A DNA stretch of 64,000 nucleotides, from assembly GCA_021772835.1 (NCBI GenBank), contig JAJFLE010000057.1:3177-67176 (forward strand), given 5' to 3'. The translations under genes and the position numbers were made by a program. The DNA comes from Mariprofundus sp. GTDB taxonomy: Bacteria > Pseudomonadota > Zetaproteobacteria > Mariprofundales > Mariprofundaceae. Every line of letters begins with the position of its first letter. Position 1 is the stretch's first letter. Below, in pieces: positions 58,114 to 64,000 of the stretch. The notes below the pieces were generated by a model, which made no database searches, was not told the origin of the DNA, and worked only from the letters and a program-made list of their open reading frames with translations.

Positions 58114-60320
58114 CAGATCCAGCGAACCAGCCCATGATCAATAATATTTTGGGTTGCAACAGCATCTTCATCCAGCAGCTCGAACAGATCCACATCAAGA
58201 CCCGCCAGACACGGCTTACCGACCTTCATCAACACCCATGGCTTCTGCTTGTGCTCACCGTAGCGCTGAATCACGCATAGCTCCAGACCGCAAGCTGGCA
58301 AGCGGTAGCCATCGAGTACCCCGGCAATATCCCTCGGATTCGGGTGTATTTCCCGGATGGTCGCCTTGCCGGACAACACCGAGCTCAACTCTTGCCTGGC
58401 TGAAGCTGTCAGTGCGAAACCTGCATTATGCAACACCTGAACCTTGCCTCCGTCGCTACCCTGTACCGGCTCCACATTAACACCGCCAATCGGCTTCGGA
58501 GCATGCTTGCCAACACATGCGTTGATCAAACGCTCACCATTACTATCCCTGCATACGCCAGCCTCGACCTGAGGCACTGCCAGTGAAAAGACTATGCGCT
58601 GGACGCCGAGCCCTGCATGTTGATGCTCAGAAAATGCCCACTCTCCAGTCATATCCATACACATGGAAAGCTGCGGCAAATTCAGCTGCGCGATACTATC
58701 AGCTTCCTGCTTACACGCCTGCCGATACAGGTGATGCAAAGACTTGCGCATTGCGATGCCGGTTTCAGTTAATGATAACACCGAGCCACGCAACAGGCAG
58801 CCGGATGCTGAACAGCTATCAAGGAAAACATCTTTCTTTGCTTCGACAATAGACAACACATTCGGCAAAAATATCTTATCAAGAAATTCGGCCGCAGATG
58901 AGCCGGACAGGACATGCATTCTGGCCAGATAATCGGACCACTCGATACGCATGCAGCCATGCCGCTGCGACAGTGCCTTACCGCTATGCAGCGCTTTGCT
59001 CACATCAGGCTGAATCAGAACCAGATCTCCATTCTGCCATGCTGCCTCAAGATCATGGGCCACCTGAATATTCGCACCACTGCGCAAAGCACCTATGGCA
59101 CGCGTAACGGAAGCTGCCCCCGAAGTCTTATTCGCAACAGCGCTTTTATCTACCCAGAATATTTCGGCCTCACGTCTGGCTATTTCTACCCGTACATCTT
59201 CATCAAATACCCTGAAAGCAAGCAAGGTAATATTATCACGCAACCACGGCTCGCCTGCATTTTTTACAGCTTTACCACCAGCCAATTGCGCCAGCAGCCA
59301 TGCAGCGACCGGCTCATTGATATTGGCTTTCAGATTCTCGATAGAAGCAGCATCAGGTTGAACCTGCCCGGCTAATAGTTTGTCCAATTGTTTGGCATCG
59401 AGCACCCAGCGCATCCAGGCGCCATGCCCGGATTTCAAGGCAAGCTTCCATAGCGACAGTCGTGCCCAGCAACGCCGCAACAAATGTTGCCCCAGCTTAT
59501 CCTTTGCAAGCAGAGCCAGCATGCCACCTTCATTTTTAAAGCCGACCTTACTACGCAGATAACGCAACTGCGGCACGATCTCAGGCTCAAGCCCATAAAG
59601 CCGAATCAACTGGCTGTCATCAGCCAAAAGGTTCGATTCCGGCTGATGGTGCAAAAACACCATGGGGGTAACCGGCAACATCATTGATTCATAAGAGGCA
59701 ATGCGCGAAACCTCGACCACACCTTCCATGTATCGTTTAAGAAATTCCTGTAGAGCCCAAAGATACAAACCGCCAACCACACACAACATGACGTGGTTAC
59801 TGGTACCACTTTCTTCATTCGATAACGCAGCCATTCCATTTCTAATCATCTTCAACAGCAGCACATTCACAGCGGGCACCCAGGGGGCTGCATCCATCCG
59901 ATCCTGCTTCCAGCCCTGTTCCCACAATTTCTCGCAAACCTGCAGCAGAGCAGTGGCTCCTTTCGGGTCGGCACACCAGTGATGCAGCATATCTCGCGAC
60001 AGATGTGGATTTTGCTTGCGCAGGTATGTAACCATCGACCTGATGCGATCATCCATAACAGGCAGCACATGAGCGGAGACCTTCTCCCCTTTCACCATAT
60101 AACGAATGGCGTAATCCTGCAGTCGGTGCAGTGAACCCGAAATAGCCGTCTTGATTTCGGGATGAACGGCGTAGGGAATATATTCACAGGCGTCCTTTCC
60201 CGACACACGAATGGGCAAACGTCTCACATCAACCGCACAGCGATCGGACGGCTGTTCCTGTCGGTTCAGAACAGGGCTATACCAGCTCCAGCGAAATGAA
60301 AAATAGTCTGGTGAAATCAT
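58113..60320 (-). CDS. 735-aa soluble protein of unknown function, translationally coupled to tilS
   Basis: Long uninterrupted ORF on the strand of its neighbours. Its stop overlaps the tilS ATG (TGATG, 58115..58111). It has no TM segments or signal peptide, and I can assign no catalytic or binding motif by eye. Confidence 0.75.
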   Translation of the reverse strand: MISPDYFSFRWSWYSPVLNRQEQPSDRCAVDVRRLPIRVSGKDACEYIPYAVHPEIKTAISGSLHRLQDYAIRYMVKGEKVSAHVLPVMDDRIRSMVTYLRKQNPHLSRDMLHHWCADPKGATALLQVCEKLWEQGWKQDRMDAAPWVPAVNVLLLKMIRNGMAALSNEESGTSNHVMLCVVGGLYLWALQEFLKRYMEGVVEVSRIASYESMMLPVTPMVFLHHQPESNLLADDSQLIRLYGLEPEIVPQLRYLRSKVGFKNEGGMLALLAKDKLGQHLLRRCWARLSLWKLALKSGHGAWMRWVLDAKQLDKLLAGQVQPDAASIENLKANINEPVAAWLLAQLAGGKAVKNAGEPWLRDNITLLAFRVFDEDVRVEIARREAEIFWVDKSAVANKTSGAASVTRAIGALRSGANIQVAHDLEAAWQNGDLVLIQPDVSKALHSGKALSQRHGCMRIEWSDYLARMHVLSGSSAAEFLDKIFLPNVLSIVEAKKDVFLDSCSASGCLLRGSVLSLTETGIAMRKSLHHLYRQACKQEADSIAQLNLPQLSMCMDMTGEWAFSEHQHAGLGVQRIVFSLAVPQVEAGVCRDSNGERLINACVGKHAPKPIGGVNVEPVQGSDGGKVQVLHNAGFALTASARQELSSVLSGKATIREIHPNPRDIAGVLDGYRLPACGLELCVIQRYGEHKQKPWVLMKVGKPCLAGLDVDLFELLDEDAVATQNIIDHGLVRWI

Positions 60321-60430
60321 AGATTTGGCATGTTCCTTTCATTCCCTCTTTTAATCAAGTTGCGATAGCAACAACACGGCCAAACAAATCCATAGATGGA
60401 CTTTTCCGGTATCATGCTAGCATTGCCCGC

Positions 60431-61246
60431 ATGCCCGTTCACTTTCGCACCGTAGCTACGCTTTTTTTATCTCTGACACTGTCTCTGGCAGCACCATTTA
60501 TGGCGCCTGCAGCAGAGATTGCGGTCACGCTGCCACCACTGGCTGGACTGGTGAAAATGCTGGACAGAGAGTCAGAAGTGATGTGCCTGTTGCCAGCGGG
60601 CGCTGATCCGCACCACTTCCAGATGCAGCCACGTACGATTGAAAGACTGGCCAAAAGTCATCTGTTGATTCGTGCCACCTTTGATGATGGCGGCTGGCCA
60701 TTGCCACCGAATCATAACAACGTACTCGACGTCTGGCCTGACAAAGATCACGGATGGGTCAGCCCGAAAGAAGTACGCCTTATTTTACCCGCTATGGCTG
60801 AAGCGCTGATCAAGCTGCAACCAGATCAGAGCGAATCGATCAAGCACAATCTCGATCTGGCGATGGCAATAACAGACAAGATAGAGCAGCAGTGGCAGAA
60901 GACGCTGGCTCCGGCCAAGGCATCGGGTGTCATCATGCAACATCCATCCTGGCGCCGACTGATGAACGACATGCAGGTGCCGATACTGAATGTGCTTGAG
61001 TCAGGTCAGCACGGTCATGAACACGGACCGCATGCGCTCGATCAATCCCTGCACCGGCTTGAAGAGCACCCAAAAGCCTGGCTGATCAGCGATGCAGGCC
61101 ACAGCAACCGCGCACTGGACTGGCTGAAGCAACACAGTGATCAAACCCCGCGCCAGATCACACTGGATGCGCTGGGTGAATGCGGCACGCCATGGGATCA
61201 ACTGATGCTGCAAAACTTGCAGCAGATTTCAGGGCAGGGTCACTGA
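60431..61246 (+). CDS. znuA: Zn/Mn-type metal ABC transporter substrate-binding protein
   Basis: Signal peptide, then LPPLAGLV...GADPHHFQ and a His/acidic loop SGQHGHEHGPH. It is followed by its cognate ATPase and permease. Confidence 0.82.
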   Translation: MPVHFRTVATLFLSLTLSLAAPFMAPAAEIAVTLPPLAGLVKMLDRESEVMCLLPAGADPHHFQMQPRTIERLAKSHLLIRATFDDGGWPLPPNHNNVLDVWPDKDHGWVSPKEVRLILPAMAEALIKLQPDQSESIKHNLDLAMAITDKIEQQWQKTLAPAKASGVIMQHPSWRRLMNDMQVPILNVLESGQHGHEHGPHALDQSLHRLEEHPKAWLISDAGHSNRALDWLKQHSDQTPRQITLDALGECGTPWDQLMLQNLQQISGQGH

Positions 61247-62037
61247 TGGCCGAAAACATCGTTAAGATCAGTCACCTTCGCTTTGGCCCGGCCAATAAAC
61301 CGATTCTGGATAATATCAGCCTGAGCGTAGAGGCCGGTCATTTCATGGGCATCGTTGGCCCCAATGGAGCTGGCAAAAGTACACTGATCAATATCATCGC
61401 AGGATTGACGCAGCCCGATGGCGGCCATATCGACCTGATGGGCGAGTGTCTGACACGCTACAGTCGCCGCCGTCTGCTCAAACAGATAGGTTTTTTACAC
61501 CAGCTTCATGATCATCAGCCAAGGCTACCAATGCGCGTGTCCGATGTGGTTGCCATGGGCCTTGGCCAATATGCCTCGCCCTGGAAACGGACCGATCAGC
61601 AAGCCATCAAACATGCACTTGAACTGGTGGATATGGACAAACTGACCAACAGCGATTTCCGCCAGCTATCCGGTGGCCAGAGGCAGCGTGTTCGCCTTGC
61701 CCGTGCTCTGGTGAACAAGCCCAAGCTACTGCTGCTCGATGAACCATCCGCAGCACTGGACAGCGTAAGTCAGGACAGACTATTCCGCTTGTTACGCAGG
61801 CTTTGCGATGAAACCGGCATGTGTGCCATCATGGTGGAGCATGATATAGCCGCCATCAGCAGCCATGTCGATTCTGTTGCCTGCCTGAATCGACAGATTC
61901 ATCACCACGCCATGAAAGGTGAAAATATTCCGGACGATGTCTGGCGTGGCATGTACGGTGATCACATTCAAATTGTTGCGCATGATGCCGGCTGCATCGG
62001 CTGCCACCCTGAAACAGGAACGCATCATCATGATTGA
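61246..62037 (+). CDS. znuC: metal ABC transporter ATP-binding protein
   Basis: Start at the ATG at 61246, overlapping the znuA TGA. Walker A GPNGAGKST, signature LSGGQRQR, Walker B LLLLDEP, and a His-rich C-terminus (HPETGTHHHD). Confidence 0.88.
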   Translation: MAENIVKISHLRFGPANKPILDNISLSVEAGHFMGIVGPNGAGKSTLINIIAGLTQPDGGHIDLMGECLTRYSRRRLLKQIGFLHQLHDHQPRLPMRVSDVVAMGLGQYASPWKRTDQQAIKHALELVDMDKLTNSDFRQLSGGQRQRVRLARALVNKPKLLLLDEPSAALDSVSQDRLFRLLRRLCDETGMCAIMVEHDIAAISSHVDSVACLNRQIHHHAMKGENIPDDVWRGMYGDHIQIVAHDAGCIGCHPETGTHHHD

Positions 62038-62863
62038 TCTGTTAAGTGATTTTCTCGCCAGCCCCGTGATGTCGGCAAGCCTGCTTCCAGCACTGCTGAT
62101 TGCCGTGGTTACCGCATCCATGTCGGTGATGGTGATGGCACATCGCCTATCATTCCTCACCGTCGGTGTTTCACATGCTTCATTGGCCGGACTGGGCATT
62201 GCCGTTTCGCTTTCGCTACCACTACTGCCCATCGCTACGCTGTTTTCCGTTGCCATTGCTCTGTTGCTGGCTTTGATGCCCAAACGGCAGGGCATATCTG
62301 AAGATGCAGGTACAGGCATACTGTTTGCTGGCTCCATGGCCCTTGGTATCGTATTGATTTCCACCGCCACAACGACACGCGTGGATCTGTTCGGCCTGCT
62401 CTTTGGTAACATACTGACTGTCTCTGCGAATGAAAAAGTTTGGCTCTATTTCCTCGGCACCCTGATTTTGATTGTCATGCTGCTGGCATCCCGGGCATGG
62501 TGGAGTATCGCCTTTGATGCAGTCACGGCGGAGGCATCCGGCCTGCCAGTGAATGCGCTGCGCCTGCTGCTCTACGGGCTGGTCGGACTGACCGTGATTC
62601 TCTGTGTTAAGCTGGCTGGCATCGTATTAACAGCAGGTCTTTTAGTGCTTCCAGCAGCCTGCGCCTGGCTGTGGGGCAGATCGCTGGCAAGCCTGTGGTT
62701 ATTATCGGTTGGATTCTCAGTCACCGGCACGTGCGCAGGCTTGATCTGGTCCTATGCTTACGAATGGCCTTCCGGAGCGTCGGTTGTACTGGCACTATGT
62801 GGCCTCTTCGTAATCAGCTGGGCTAGCAACGGCATCAGAGCATCGATCACAACGCGGAACTAA
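62030..62863 (+). CDS. znuB: metal ABC transporter permease
   Basis: Start at the ATG at 62030 (8-nt overlap with znuC; MIDLLSDFLASPVM). Polytopic, ABC-3 family-like. Confidence 0.85.
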   Translation: MIDLLSDFLASPVMSASLLPALLIAVVTASMSVMVMAHRLSFLTVGVSHASLAGLGIAVSLSLPLLPIATLFSVAIALLLALMPKRQGISEDAGTGILFAGSMALGIVLISTATTTRVDLFGLLFGNILTVSANEKVWLYFLGTLILIVMLLASRAWWSIAFDAVTAEASGLPVNALRLLLYGLVGLTVILCVKLAGIVLTAGLLVLPAACAWLWGRSLASLWLLSVGFSVTGTCAGLIWSYAYEWPSGASVVLALCGLFVISWASNGIRASITTRN

Positions 62864-62910
62864 GGAGATGCTGATTTATTGCCATCCTGGCAATAATCAG
62901 CTCGCAAAGA

Positions 62911-62996
62911 CACCATTCCACAGGATAGTGGAATGGGACAGCGAAGGGTGCCACGTAGTGGTGTGAGGCATGGATGCCGAGCATCAAAAGCGTGGT
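62911..62996 (-). repeat. diverged, inverted solitary copy of the 74-bp repeat family
   Basis: The reverse complement reads TGATGCTCGGCATCCATGCCTCACACC...GTCCCATTCCACTATCCTGTGGAATGGTG. It shares the TGAT..CATCC.TG.CC.TCAC head and the hairpin GTCCCATTC-NNN-TATCCT-NNN-GAATGGTG with the array units. Confidence 0.6.
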
Positions 62997-63122
62997 TTAC
63001 CTTTGCTTACAAATCAGGCTCTTACATGCCTGATTTGGCAGGCCGTCCATGGCCTGCACGGAAGCGCTGAATAAATCAGCGCTTCCCTAACACACGGTAT
63101 GATATGAAGATGGGGGGAACAC

Positions 63123-63638
63123 ATGGCAGAGAACACACGCGACCAAGGAGTAAGAGCAGGCATCATTGTCCGCATACTTGCCAGCGCTTACGACCTCACC
63201 ATTCTGTTCGGCGTCACCATGATTATGGTGGGCATTCCCATCACCATCAGCGTTGAAATGTTCGGCATGACGCCGCCGAAATGGCTGCAGGGGCTGTTGT
63301 TTCTGACTGTCATCGCAGCGTATTTCATCGGCTTCTGGGTCAAAGGTGGTGCCACCACTGGCATGCGTCCGTGGAAGCTGAGGCTTGCCATGCTGGAGAC
63401 CGGAGACCCGCTCACACCGATTACCGCCAGCATCCGTTTTGCCGGACTGATCATCACCTGGCTGGCACTGGCCATGACGCTCTGGTACATCGCCACCAAA
63501 GACACCAACCACTTTCTCTTCTTTGTGGCAGCAAGCATCCCTGCCATAAGCATGTTGGTGATGGCGCTGAGCAAAGAAAAACTGGCGCTGCACGACATGA
63601 TTTCAGGCTCGACGGTTTACAGACTCAAACTGAAATAA
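63123..63638 (+). CDS. RDD-family membrane protein
   Basis: 171 aa. Carries ...AGIIVRILASAYDLTILFG..., three TMs and ...LALHDMISGSTVY, matching the R-D-D pattern of the family. Confidence 0.7.
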   Translation: MAENTRDQGVRAGIIVRILASAYDLTILFGVTMIMVGIPITISVEMFGMTPPKWLQGLLFLTVIAAYFIGFWVKGGATTGMRPWKLRLAMLETGDPLTPITASIRFAGLIITWLALAMTLWYIATKDTNHFLFFVAASIPAISMLVMALSKEKLALHDMISGSTVYRLKLK

Positions 63639-63813
63639 AAGCCATCGATCTCTTCTTCAAAATTGGCCTCTCCGCCTGGTTGCTCGGCGCAGGTGGGACT
63701 GCGCTTGTATTCATGCTCTCATGTGATGACCACCAGCGGCATTGACTGGCGAATGGCCTAAAAAGGAGACGCTACCGAATGGCGCTAAATCAATCGTGTC
63801 TGACCCTGTTGAT

Positions 63814-64000
63814 TCAAATGTCGCTTCGGATTTCAGTTATTTTATCAATATAGCCGACACCCCAGCCTCTAAGTGTTTGAAGCACGGGAATAAGAGTCAT
63901 TCCAAAATCTGTAAGAGAGTATTCAACTTTGGGAGGAACCTGAAGGAATATTTCCCTATGGATTATCTGGTCAGCCTCAAGCTCTCTTAACTGCTTTGTT
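63814..64000 (-). CDS. HxlR-family transcriptional regulator (C-terminal 61 codons; N-terminus beyond window end)
   Basis: My minus-strand translation is TKQLRELEADQIIHREIFLQVPPKVEYSLTDFGMTLIPVLQTLRGWGVGYIDKITEIRSDI*. It is not in the ORF track because no Met lies inside the window. Confidence 0.8.
   Translation of the reverse strand, partial: TKQLRELEADQIIHREIFLQVPPKVEYSLTDFGMTLIPVLQTLRGWGVGYIDKITEIRSDI

Noticed and set aside
58113-60320. Assigning the C-terminal part of the 735-aa protein as a degenerate nucleotidyl cyclase/GGDEF-like domain.
   Set aside because: The resemblance is a loose secondary-structure-like pattern without any catalytic residues. That is too weak to annotate, so it is left as a hypothesis to test with profile or structure searches.

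Overview
This 64 kb chromosomal window comes from a Gram-negative proteobacterium. The assignment is an inference from lptD-surA-pdxA, tilS-ftsH-folP-...-glmM and rpsO-pnp synteny; the lineage cannot be resolved by eye. I call about 60 protein genes, most on the minus strand and many translationally coupled through ATGA/TGATG/TTGA overlaps. I found no rRNA, tRNA or CRISPR.

Contents, left to right:
- argS (partial), mutM, def, an ACT-domain protein, a secreted protein of unknown function, and an orphan PstS-like binding protein.
- A P-type ATPase followed by a nine-gene Mrp/Mnh-type cation:proton antiporter operon in E-(usp)-F-G-B-C-D-D-D' order.
- M16 peptidase-cysE and iscR-nifS-iscA, then rpsO-pnp, a DAACS symporter and a PilZ protein.
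- The circularly permuted ATP-grasp / alpha-E / transglutaminase triad.
- A 74-bp tandem repeat array whose fifth unit is split by a roughly 6.2 kb AT-richer island. The island is decayed and carries an IS3 remnant and several gene fragments.
- A REC-PAS-GGDEF-EAL gene interrupted by a single in-frame TAG, then nagZ, a hybrid histidine kinase, orphan dppBC-like permeases and an EAL-HDOD protein.
- ubiG, lptD, a surA with an extra C-terminal domain, pdxA and algH/yqgE.
- glmM preceded by a cdaA-cdaR c-di-AMP module, then folP, ftsH, tilS and a 735-aa protein of unknown function coupled to tilS.
- znuACB, an RDD protein and a partial hxlR-family gene.

The observations most worth follow-up are:
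1. The structured 74-nt repeat family and the island inserted into it.
2. The Mrp variant with three antiporter-like subunits and an embedded USP gene.
3. The Firmicute-style cdaA-cdaR-glmM arrangement in a proteobacterial context.
4. The 735-aa orphan protein upstream of tilS.
5. The amber-interrupted c-di-GMP enzyme.

All functional calls rest on motif recognition by eye. No database search was run.
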